This document shows positions 39,331-47,866 of a stretch of 64,000 nt of DNA, piece after piece. Source of the stretch: a virus; the IMG/VR virus record IMGVR_UViG_3300027659_000009, positions 64,001 to 128,000 of that record; one strand, 5' to 3'. The notes below the pieces were generated by a model. That model made no database searches, was not told the DNA's origin, and worked only from the letters and a program-made list of their open reading frames with translations. Position 1 is the first letter of the stretch, and each line of letters starts with the position of its first letter. Both the position numbers and the translations under genes were made by a program.

Positions 39331-40911
39331 ATGAAGATAATTGTCACAGAAGAACAAATAAAAAAAATCATAAATAATGTTTATGGTAATATATTATTTG
39401 AGGAAACTAAACCAAAACCTAAAAATCAAACTTATACTACAGTTCAAGATCGGTTGTTAACAAAAAATACTTTGACGGGAGGGGAATTAAAAATACCAAA
39501 GGGTACTAGATTTACCGCACACCAAAGTGGTGATAGAAAAGAAACTGGTGGTGCGGATTTTACGGCATCTGTAGATAGAATTACAAATGGTAAAAATAAA
39601 CCTTCTACTACTTTTTATTGTAATGGAACAAATGCTGGTAAATTTTGGAACGTAGCGTCAAAATCTTGGTACTACGATAAAACAAAAGTACTTTCAGGAT
39701 ATCTATCCAAAAATTTGTGTACTAAATCATACGGAGATCAATATTATTGGGAAAATATGGTCAAATGGAGTGAACAAAAACAAGAGAAAGAAGAAGATGC
39801 TTGGGCACTTGAAAATAGTCCGTATGTTGACGCAACTGGTAAAAAAGTTATGTACGATAAAAGTACTGAATTTAAAAAGAATTACGATTTCTTAAAAAGT
39901 CAAGGATTAAATGTTGATGGTCTTATGAGTTCATCAATGCCGCGTCCACTAAGTGCAAACCATCATTTTAACTTGTGTGCATTATTTAGTATAAAAGATA
40001 TTACAAATTTTCAAGCCAACAAGATCGGTTGGAATAATAAAGAATGTATGTCAATTGGTTTGTCTAGTTTAGGTAATGTTAAAATGAAGTCAAAATTATT
40101 AAATACTTATGACTCATCGGTGGGGACTCTTATTGATAACCGAAAATCACCACTATATACTCAATTTAGTAATACTGTATCTCCATCTTACGCAAATTTC
40201 TTCCTATCTGACTTTTATTTCCAATGGGGTAAATTACTTAATGATATTAATGATAGTGAGTCTTCCGCTGCTACGGTTTATTTCCCTGATGGTGTTTATA
40301 ATTTTATGTCAACATATTATGGAACACCAAATGTTAGTAAAATAAAAAAGACGATAGAATCAGTAAATGCGGGATGTCAAGGAGGAGGATTAACTCCAGA
40401 ACAAGGTCATAAAATACTTTCTACACTAACATTTATTAGTACATTTATTCCTGTTGTTGGACCATTTATTGCCGCTGGATTGGGCACGGTTGATGCTGCA
40501 ATACTTTATAGTGAAGGTAAAAAAACTGAGGCAGCACTTACTGTTGCTCTAAGTATAATACCTTTTGTTGGTGAGATTCCTGCGTTAAAAGGTATTGGAC
40601 AAGAGGTATTTAAAAGTGCTGCTACTAAATTAGCCACTAAAGTCCCATTAAATGCTGAGGAAATTTCTGCGTTTGGGAAACTTACAGGAGCCAAAGAGGA
40701 ATTTGATATTTTAGTAAAACAATGGGTTGCCAGTAAAGTGTCAAGTCCTGCGGTTCAACAAATTGTTCAAGTTGTAAAGAAAAAAGGTGAGGGGTACTTA
40801 GTCGATAAAATGTCGGAAAAAATTGGTGTTCCACTTAAGAAACCCACTGACATTGTAAAAAATGTTACAAAAGATGCGGCAAAATATTTGGCAAAGAAAA
40901 TTGATTCTTAA
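39331..40911 (+). CDS. Class A leader protein with pre-toxin (PT-TG-like) hydrophobic hairpin
   Basis: MKIIVTEEQIKKII; FIPVVGPFIAAGLGTVDAAILYSEGK..EAAL..ALSIIPFVG. Confidence 0.6.
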   Translation: MKIIVTEEQIKKIINNVYGNILFEETKPKPKNQTYTTVQDRLLTKNTLTGGELKIPKGTRFTAHQSGDRKETGGADFTASVDRITNGKNKPSTTFYCNGTNAGKFWNVASKSWYYDKTKVLSGYLSKNLCTKSYGDQYYWENMVKWSEQKQEKEEDAWALENSPYVDATGKKVMYDKSTEFKKNYDFLKSQGLNVDGLMSSSMPRPLSANHHFNLCALFSIKDITNFQANKIGWNNKECMSIGLSSLGNVKMKSKLLNTYDSSVGTLIDNRKSPLYTQFSNTVSPSYANFFLSDFYFQWGKLLNDINDSESSAATVYFPDGVYNFMSTYYGTPNVSKIKKTIESVNAGCQGGGLTPEQGHKILSTLTFISTFIPVVGPFIAAGLGTVDAAILYSEGKKTEAALTVALSIIPFVGEIPALKGIGQEVFKSAATKLATKVPLNAEEISAFGKLTGAKEEFDILVKQWVASKVSSPAVQQIVQVVKKKGEGYLVDKMSEKIGVPLKKPTDIVKNVTKDAAKYLAKKIDS

Positions 40912-40972
40912 TGAACGATATATACATAGGGATAACGAAGTAAGTATATAAGAAGAATATTTGAACCTCTAT
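40912..40972 (+). repeat. 61-bp intergenic direct repeat, copy 2
   Basis: Identical to 39224-39284. Confidence 0.95.
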
Positions 40973-41021
40973 AGTAAGAGGTTTTTGTTTTTGTCGATAT
41001 TTATTAATAAATTAAAATATT

Positions 41022-41558
41022 ATGGCAAGAATTATAAGATTAACAGAAAGAGATTTAACAAGATTGGTTAGACGAGTTATAAGAGAACAATTAACGGGTG
41101 AGGGTAACCAACCCGTAAGTAACGGTAAAAAAAATACAATTATTGAGATAACCAACCAATCTCAAGTTCCACAATCTTTGGTTGACAATGCTCCCCCCGT
41201 TGGGTATTATGATGCTAATAGGGGTTCTCATGATGAGAAAGGCCAATATATTGATATTACAGATGAAAATGGTGTAACATACCGATTAAGGAATTTTGAT
41301 TTCAACTTGGCAGCACATAGTACAAAAGGGATTATCGAAGCGGAATATAATAGTAACTTATTTCAAGGGGGTAAAGATTCTTCGGGTAGAGAATTGATAG
41401 CATATTTTAATGGTGTTCCAGGTTCTGAAGTTGTTCTTAATAACAAAGATAAATGGATTGGTTTTACGTCTGACGATAGTTCAATAAAGTTTGCATGTTT
41501 TTCAGACAAGACAGGAACCTTCTCTTGTAAAAAATATAAATGGGATATACCAAAATAA
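41022..41558 (+). CDS. Class A leader plus unknown cargo
   Basis: MARIIRLTERDLTRLVRRVIREQ; leader DNA nearly identical to 41691. Confidence 0.8.
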   Translation: MARIIRLTERDLTRLVRRVIREQLTGEGNQPVSNGKKNTIIEITNQSQVPQSLVDNAPPVGYYDANRGSHDEKGQYIDITDENGVTYRLRNFDFNLAAHSTKGIIEAEYNSNLFQGGKDSSGRELIAYFNGVPGSEVVLNNKDKWIGFTSDDSSIKFACFSDKTGTFSCKKYKWDIPK

Positions 41559-41690
41559 TAATAAAACAGTATTTCAAATTAAATCAGTTTTTTTTTTGAA
41601 CATAGAAGTATTTATAATAAATTAAAATATTTGGGGGGTTTTTTGTTTTTTTTTATATATCGAAGTATTTATTAATAAACAAAAAATATT

Positions 41691-42056
41691 ATGGGAAGAA
41701 TTATAAGATTAACAGAAAGAGATTTAACAAGATTGGTTAGACGAGTTATAAGAGAACAATCAGAGTCTGCCGTTTTTAACAAACAATATTTTATGGGTAA
41801 AAAAACAGGTAAAGTTAATTTTGACAATTCTGGATTCCCCACAACTGTTGATGGTGTTGAGATAACTGATTACGATACTCAGTGGAAAAATAATTTTACC
41901 GTTAGAAATATTGGGGGTAGAGGTTTCCGTGGAGGGGACTACAATTGGACTTATAGTGAAACTGTAGATTCAGGGATAATGGGACCTAACCAGAAAAAAC
42001 CTGGAATCTCAATTACAGACGCTCAAAATCAAGAAGTCGGCACATTACTATTTTAA
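41691..42056 (+). CDS. Class A leader plus unrelated cargo
   Basis: MGRIIRLTERDLTRLVRRVIREQ. Confidence 0.8.
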   Translation: MGRIIRLTERDLTRLVRRVIREQSESAVFNKQYFMGKKTGKVNFDNSGFPTTVDGVEITDYDTQWKNNFTVRNIGGRGFRGGDYNWTYSETVDSGIMGPNQKKPGISITDAQNQEVGTLLF

Positions 42057-42076
42057 AAAAATACTTTATAGAATAA

Positions 42077-42111
42077 AAAACCCCATTCCTAATAAGAGTG
42101 GGGGGTTTTTT
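42077..42111 (+). terminator. Terminator hairpin
   Basis: CCCCATTC..GAGTGGGG plus T run; similar element at 57248-57278. Confidence 0.75.
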
Positions 42112-42135
42112 GTTTATAACATATATTTATAATAT

Positions 42136-42771
42136 ATGAACATACAAGAAGAAATAAAAAGAATGAGACAAATGATGGGATTGAATGAACAAAAAGGTTC
42201 AATCACGTTAAGACTTGAAGGCCCTGTACAAACAGATTATACATATAATGGTCAAGAAGAACAAATATCATATCATATATATTCGGAGTTAAAAAAACTT
42301 AATGATGCAACGCAAATAACTAACGAAGATAAAACATATGCTGATTATGAAATGCAAGGTTATACAAATACTAAAAACGTTGAAGACACAATCAAAAAAG
42401 TAATACCATCGGTCACTTGTACAGTTAACGGTATGGATATAACGTGCACATTCACATTGAGTAAATCCTTAAACGAACAGGTTGGGTCAGAATATAATTT
42501 TAATACTGATGGAATGAAATCCGAAACACACGTATATACAATTACTGACATACAAGATTCTTCAAAAAAACAACGAGATCCTGCGGACCCTAAAAATAAT
42601 ACAAGAACAATACCTACAAAAAAAATAACATTGCAATGGACAAATCCACCACAAGGATTACCGTCTGAAACTATTGTAATCACTAAAGAGTGTGGAAACA
42701 ACACAATTACACCTCCGCGTGGGTATACATTAGACAATAAATTTATTGAATATGTAAACGGATTGTGTTAA
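42136..42771 (+). CDS. Class B leader plus two modules joined by LNEQ
   Basis: MNIQEEIKRMRQMMGLNEQ; internal SLNEQ. Confidence 0.75.
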   Translation: MNIQEEIKRMRQMMGLNEQKGSITLRLEGPVQTDYTYNGQEEQISYHIYSELKKLNDATQITNEDKTYADYEMQGYTNTKNVEDTIKKVIPSVTCTVNGMDITCTFTLSKSLNEQVGSEYNFNTDGMKSETHVYTITDIQDSSKKQRDPADPKNNTRTIPTKKITLQWTNPPQGLPSETIVITKECGNNTITPPRGYTLDNKFIEYVNGLC

Positions 42772-42917
42772 GATTCTCAAAGTCGGCAATAAAATCAAAC
42801 TACAATAACTAATATTTGAACCTTTATAGTGATATAGGGGTTTTTTTATGATATGTAAAATGAAATCCTTATAATATGTAAAGTAATATCCATCAAGAAG
42901 GGTTGGGATGATCGGAC

Positions 42918-42970
42918 AAAAGGGGTATCATTCGTTTTTGACATTGTAGTATGAAATTATTATAATTGTG
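42918..42970 (+). repeat. Promoter-containing degenerate direct repeat, left of HNH gene
   Basis: AAAAGGGGTATCATTCGTTTTTGACATTGTAG..ATTATAATTGTG; second copy at 43497-43549. Confidence 0.8.
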
Positions 42971-42972
42971 GA

Positions 42973-43533
42973 ATGGAAAAGAAAGTATGTAATACATGTG
43001 ATGTAAATAAATCCATTAATGAATATAGGGATAGGAATCAGTGTAAACAATGTGAAAATAAAATAAGATACCAACGTAATAAAGAACGTAGATTAAATGA
43101 TTCTGAATACAACGATAGATGGAAAAAGTATGATGTATACAGAAAAAGAAAAAAAGAGAATGAAGACCCTTATACTATGTTTATACAAATAGTAAGACAA
43201 ACAATTCGTAGAGGAATAAAAAGAAAAGGGTATACAAAGAAATCTAATGCGTATAAGATATTAGATTGTACATACGAAGAATTTAAAACACATATAGAAT
43301 CACAATTTAAAGAATGGATGAATTGGGATAACTATGGTAAGTATAACGGAGAAGAAAGATATGGATGGGATTTGGATCACATTATACCGTTATCATCTGG
43401 TAAGTGTGAAGAAGATATCATTAGATTAAATCACCATAGTAATATACAACCACTATGTTCGTATATAAACAGATGTGTGAAGAAAGATAAAATAGAAAAA
43501 GGGATATCAAACGTATTTGACATTGTAGAATAA
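42973..43533 (+). CDS. HNH endonuclease (free-standing, homing-like)
   Basis: N-terminal CxxC..CxxC; MNWDNYG, WDLDHIIP, NIQPL..N..K. Confidence 0.85.
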   Translation: MEKKVCNTCDVNKSINEYRDRNQCKQCENKIRYQRNKERRLNDSEYNDRWKKYDVYRKRKKENEDPYTMFIQIVRQTIRRGIKRKGYTKKSNAYKILDCTYEEFKTHIESQFKEWMNWDNYGKYNGEERYGWDLDHIIPLSSGKCEEDIIRLNHHSNIQPLCSYINRCVKKDKIEKGISNVFDIVE

Positions 43534-43549
43534 AGTCATTATAATTGTG
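43497..43549 (+). repeat. Promoter-containing degenerate direct repeat, right of HNH gene
   Basis: AAAAGGGATATCAAACGTATTTGACATTGTAG..ATTATAATTGTG. Confidence 0.8.
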
Positions 43550-43641
43550 ATAGTATATAAGATAAAATAAAATAAGAATGATATATAGATTAAGATATAA
43601 GTTGTTAAAATATATTCTAAGAAAATTAGTAATAAAATAAT

Positions 43642-44103
43642 ATGTATAATAAAAAAGGAAAAATAGGTTTTACTGCGGGTAACTTTGATTTGTTACATCC
43701 GGGTTATATATACACATTTGAGACTGCGAAAGAAAACTGTGATTACTTTATAGTATTCTTACAAAGAGATCCATCTGAAACAAGATTCACTAAATATAAA
43801 CCAGTCGTACCTTTGTATGAAAGATATAAAATTTTAATGTCTATTAAATACGTTGATGAAGTAGTAACATATCAGACAGAAGAAGATCTTATTAAGTTAA
43901 TTGAATTCTATAAACCAGATGTGAGAATTTTAGGTGATGATTATATAGGTAAAAGATTTACTGGAGATCACTTACCTATTGATGTAATATACACAACAAG
44001 ATCACATAATTGGTCAACAACTAAATTAAAAGACCTTATTACTAAACAGACTTTAAAACAAAATCCTGATATACTAAAAAAATTGGAATCAGATGAAATA
44101 TAA
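43642..44103 (+). CDS. Cytidylyltransferase (TagD/RfaE-like)
   Basis: AGNFDLLHPGY, KPV..ER, YVDEV, LGDDY, STT. Confidence 0.85.
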   Translation: MYNKKGKIGFTAGNFDLLHPGYIYTFETAKENCDYFIVFLQRDPSETRFTKYKPVVPLYERYKILMSIKYVDEVVTYQTEEDLIKLIEFYKPDVRILGDDYIGKRFTGDHLPIDVIYTTRSHNWSTTKLKDLITKQTLKQNPDILKKLESDEI

Positions 44104-44208
44104 TAACGTAATACACATTATAAGTCTATAATCTTATAATCATTTTAAGACCGTCTAGACACTATCGATTACAGATATATTTAGTTGTTTACTTAAATTA
44201 AAATACAA

Positions 44209-44394
44209 ATGATAACAGAAGAAGATTACTTAAAAGCAAAGTGGATAGTTCAAGAATACGAAAAACAATTGAATATATCTGGTGTTATAAAATCGGTTTG
44301 TTCACACCCTAAAGATTGTTTACTTATTAGAGGCAAAAATAAACCATTTCGATGTACATTGTGCGGGAAGTTGATTGAACAAACTGTTTTATAA
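44209..44394 (+). CDS. Small Zn-ribbon protein
   Basis: CSHP..CTLCG. Confidence 0.55.
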   Translation: MITEEDYLKAKWIVQEYEKQLNISGVIKSVCSHPKDCLLIRGKNKPFRCTLCGKLIEQTVL

Positions 44395-44830
44395 CATATC
44401 ACTATGGTACACTATGATATATAATAAACGATCGTTTAATGTGGTGTACCAGAAACCACCACAATTAAATCTATAAACTGTACCTTTAGTATAAAATGTA
44501 TTTGCCTCATTAAAATAACACTAATTTAATAATCGATGTTTACGGTGGTAAATTGTGGGAATTTTATTAACGTTTAATCAGAAAGGTATAGAAAACATTG
44601 CGTTGACCGTAGATTTACCCTATTTTTTTTCTGAAAATTTTAAGAACTTATTACAAATATACTGAAAAAAACTGTAAAAATCAACTTTTTAGAATAAAAG
44701 TTATTAACAAAAACTGAACTTTACCACTTTTTACCACAACCATATATTTAATAGTATGGGAGACGAAGAACAAGAGTGGGAACACGGGGATAATATCACA
44801 TTTTAATATGGTTCTCTATATTTATAATAA

Positions 44831-45883
44831 ATGAATAGAGAAACGTATTTAGTGAGAGTATTAGATATGATTATCAGAGATAGTCAGATAGAAGGAAAGA
44901 ATATTATATATCCTTTCTCTTTACCCTTGTATTCACTTCAGAACAATCAATCTTATTCACCGTTACATGATAATTTTATTAAATACTGTAAGGATCAGTA
45001 TGGATTGTCTGAGGAAGAGTCTAGGTATATGTGGTATGACTATAGTACTATTATGGGTAGGACTGTAAAAGATGAAGATACTGAAACACCTGAGGAGGAT
45101 TATATAGATGGGATGATTTACACACCTTTAGATGAAATATATTTATATGGTAATTTAGAACCACAAGAGAGGGATGTAAAAGAATCATTAAGGGTATATG
45201 GTTTCAATAGTGAGGGACACTATAAGTTCTTTATGAGAGTATATAATAGAATCATTGACTCGATAGAAATAAAACATTTAGGGAATGATAATCATTATGT
45301 TTTATTCATTAATGAATTCCGTAGAACTAGAGATGGTTTATTCGGGTTACGTTTATTAACAGATATTGGTAAATGTGATAAAGACTTTATAACATTTTCT
45401 TTAAGTTATACAGAATATATCTTCAGATGTTGTATAGATATATTAACAGAAGGGTTACCAGATGGTGGACAATATGTGGCGATTACTTTAAGTGATATGA
45501 TATTAGAATACATCTATAAAAATGTATTTCAAAATAAAATACTTCAAAGGGGAATTTCATTAAATGGAATTAATGAATCAGAGGTGAGAATGGATCGTTT
45601 TATGGAAAAGATATTACAGTTCTTAATTGATGATACATACTATATAGAAGATAATTTAATACAACTTCCATTCACTAATAAAACAGTGTCTATTCACTAT
45701 ACAAATACATACACTGAATGGAGTATATTAGATGTTATAACATATATACAAGAACCACCAAAATCATTTACTAATTACTGTGTAGATACATATGGGTTAG
45801 ATTCAGAATCCATTAGTTTAGTATGGGATAAGTATAGAGTATTCCTAATGGAGAACTTCCTTAGTCTAACAAAAAGATATTAA
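44831..45883 (+). CDS. YC..YGL repeat-domain polyprotein (two clear copies)
   Basis: YCKDQYGL and YCVDTYGL; INES linker; TATTTAT near 44819. Confidence 0.75.
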   Translation: MNRETYLVRVLDMIIRDSQIEGKNIIYPFSLPLYSLQNNQSYSPLHDNFIKYCKDQYGLSEEESRYMWYDYSTIMGRTVKDEDTETPEEDYIDGMIYTPLDEIYLYGNLEPQERDVKESLRVYGFNSEGHYKFFMRVYNRIIDSIEIKHLGNDNHYVLFINEFRRTRDGLFGLRLLTDIGKCDKDFITFSLSYTEYIFRCCIDILTEGLPDGGQYVAITLSDMILEYIYKNVFQNKILQRGISLNGINESEVRMDRFMEKILQFLIDDTYYIEDNLIQLPFTNKTVSIHYTNTYTEWSILDVITYIQEPPKSFTNYCVDTYGLDSESISLVWDKYRVFLMENFLSLTKRY

Positions 45884-45923
45884 TTTATTTGTGTATGTCA
45901 TTTATTATTACTACCTTTGGTAT

Positions 45924-46090
45924 GTTGGTGGTAGTACCGAAACAGGCGTACATCTGAAATAGATAGTGTGAAGGGATCAAAGGTCGGTTAGTCTAAGGTT
46001 TCCCTTATATAAAAATATAAGACAGGTCGGAGTATACCCTCTTAGAGAAGAACCTGTTTCTCTGACCCGTCTCGGTTATTAACCACTGAC
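45924..46090 (+). ncRNA. Candidate structured ncRNA between convergent host-type promoters
   Basis: Terminal stem GTTGGTGGTAGTACCGA / TCGGTTATTAACCACTGAC with internal hairpins; promoters at 45888-45919 (+) and 46095-46126 (-). Confidence 0.55.
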
Positions 46091-46151
46091 AATATAAAGG
46101 TACGAATAATTTTCGACATTACCAAATATTTATTAATATATTATTAAAGAA

Positions 46152-46568
46152 ATGAAGGTAACCATTAAAGGAATCATTAAGGAATCGAATGATAATAAAC
46201 AAAGGTATTACGATAAAGTATCTAAGGTAATACATCTACCATATTTAAGGGATCTTATATCATTAGGTGTACCACCAGATGAATGGAAACCTATATTATC
46301 TATTGTTTTTAAACAACCTGTGGCGATATCTGTTCACTCTATGGGTGATGAAATTAAAAGTGGGTATGTAATAGATAAATTTACACAAATCATTTATGAT
46401 GAAGATTCAAATGGTTATTATATAATAAGAGAATATGATAAGTTCCATAATAAAACATATCAATATAGAAGTATGGATAATTTTTGGGAGAAATCATTAT
46501 TTAATGATAAGGGAGACTGTGTATATAAATCAAACTCTAAAGGTATTATATTTGATTTAAGGTATTGA
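46152..46568 (+). CDS. Leader plus PPY module with YD-like repeats
   Basis: IKGIIKES; IHLPYLRDLISLGVP..EW.PIL; TATTTAT at 46127. Confidence 0.7.
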   Translation: MKVTIKGIIKESNDNKQRYYDKVSKVIHLPYLRDLISLGVPPDEWKPILSIVFKQPVAISVHSMGDEIKSGYVIDKFTQIIYDEDSNGYYIIREYDKFHNKTYQYRSMDNFWEKSLFNDKGDCVYKSNSKGIIFDLRY

Positions 46569-46617
46569 CTTTTTAATTTATTATAGTTAATATTGTATCA
46601 TAGTTGTTTGATATATT

Positions 46618-46758
46618 AGTCTACGGGGTTCGTTCCTTCCTCCCCACCCTATGGAAGGGAAAGGTGATTCTGGATGAACGAAAGTTTGTCATCACTGAAC
46701 AACGTAGACTCGATGGGATCAGTAACATATCGTACAAAGGTATGAATACAATCCCATC
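46618..46758 (+). ncRNA. Candidate three-way-junction ncRNA plus 3' hairpin
   Basis: AGTCTACG/CGTAGACT, CCTTCC/GGAAGG, GTGAT/ATCAC, GATGAAC-GAAA-GTTTGTC, GATGGGAT/ATCCCATC. Confidence 0.55.
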
Positions 46759-46836
46759 ACTATTAAAGGGATAATTTAATCATCGGATACTGTTAAAAGA
46801 TTCGTAAAAAATTATCCCTTTTTTTATTGTATTAAA

Positions 46837-46868
46837 TTTGACATTGTAATATATAATCACTATATTTG
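46837..46868 (+). promoter_or_regulatory. Bacteroidota-type promoter firing into a noncoding GC-rich region
   Basis: TTTG(ACATTGT)-N20-TATATTTG. Confidence 0.65.
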
Positions 46869-46899
46869 TAGTATGAAAAACATCTAAACCATATATATA

Positions 46900-47223
46900 G
46901 TCCGTAGGGGGAGAGGGGTACTTTGTGTACATTAATATACAATACCTCTCCCCTAGAGGGGAGTCCCCCTCAGGTACCCCTACATCACCCCCCTTCCCTC
47001 TGGGGGTGTTTTGACACAAAGGGGGTAGGTGATGTTGTCCACAAATTTTCCAGGAAATTTTAAGGTTTAGAAACAAAGTCTTTTTCCGTTCAGTTTATTT
47101 TAATTTATATGAGTGAACTTTGGGTTCATCTATAGTGTCTATAATAAACAATTATATCCCCCACAAACAACACCCCTTTCTGGTGAGATAAGGGTACCCT
47201 TCAAAATTTTCCAGGAATTTTTT
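46900..47223. other. GC-tract/hairpin region with two AAATTTTCCAGGAA[A]TTTT quasi-palindromes
   Basis: G/C runs in an AT-rich genome; palindromes at 47043-47061 and 47203-47223. Confidence 0.6.
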
Positions 47224-47251
47224 CGTTTCCAAATATTTCAATATTTATAAT

Positions 47252-47866
47252 ATGTATATGGAAGAAAATAGGAAAAGATTTTTAGATAAGATTTTAAAGT
47301 GGTTTGTTAACGATACTGAGGTTCATCCGTATGTTAGAACGTGGTTTCCAAAGTTCTTAGAAGAAATGGAGAATTATTCTGTCACACTACGTCCCTTAGA
47401 TATTAGTCTTCTATCCCTTTTTCCAATTACTCGTTTTTACGATTATTGTAGGATAACATATGATTTAAGTGTAGAGGAAATAGAATCTTTATGGAATGAG
47501 TATGTGATTATTATTATAGATAAATTTGATAATGAGAAACCTCTCAACGAATCGGAGGATAAGTTAGACAGATATTTCAACTACGTTGTAGAAGATTTAA
47601 TTAAGAGAACCAAACACTGGAGAAGATATCCAAGTAATCAGTTACGTGTAGGTATGGTTTTTCCAATGTATGTTGATGAGGTAGAATATTATTATACGGG
47701 AGATGAACTAAAGGGGTGGTTACAGTATGGATGGTTAGTCGGTACTGAAGATATCAAATACCTTACGAATCAATATGGGTTAACAGAAGATGAGTGTAGT
47801 AGTGTTATGGATATGTACGGAATAAAAATGGCAACTTTAGTATTATCAAAGTATGGAGAAGAATAG
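47252..47866 (+). CDS. YC..YGL repeat-domain polyprotein (two copies)
   Basis: KRFLDKIL..DT; LNES linker. Confidence 0.8.
   Translation: MYMEENRKRFLDKILKWFVNDTEVHPYVRTWFPKFLEEMENYSVTLRPLDISLLSLFPITRFYDYCRITYDLSVEEIESLWNEYVIIIIDKFDNEKPLNESEDKLDRYFNYVVEDLIKRTKHWRRYPSNQLRVGMVFPMYVDEVEYYYTGDELKGWLQYGWLVGTEDIKYLTNQYGLTEDECSSVMDMYGIKMATLVLSKYGEE

Noticed and set aside
44756-44806. 16-aa ORF MGDEEQEWEHGDNITF after a TATTTAA box
   Set aside because: Too short to support without conservation data; may be a gene remnant.
46662-46690. Hammerhead ribozyme (CTGGATGA..GAAA)
   Set aside because: The core deviates from CUGANGA, and the GAAA is a tetraloop closing a stem, not the junction strand.
46780-47076. 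98-aa minus-strand ORF
   Set aside because: It arises from the GC-rich noncoding block; composition is atypical and there is no expression signal.
44400-47230. tRNA, tmRNA or SRP genes in the noncoding island
   Set aside because: No cloverleaf with a T-loop, tag reading frame or SRP loop recognised by eye; a covariance search is still advisable.
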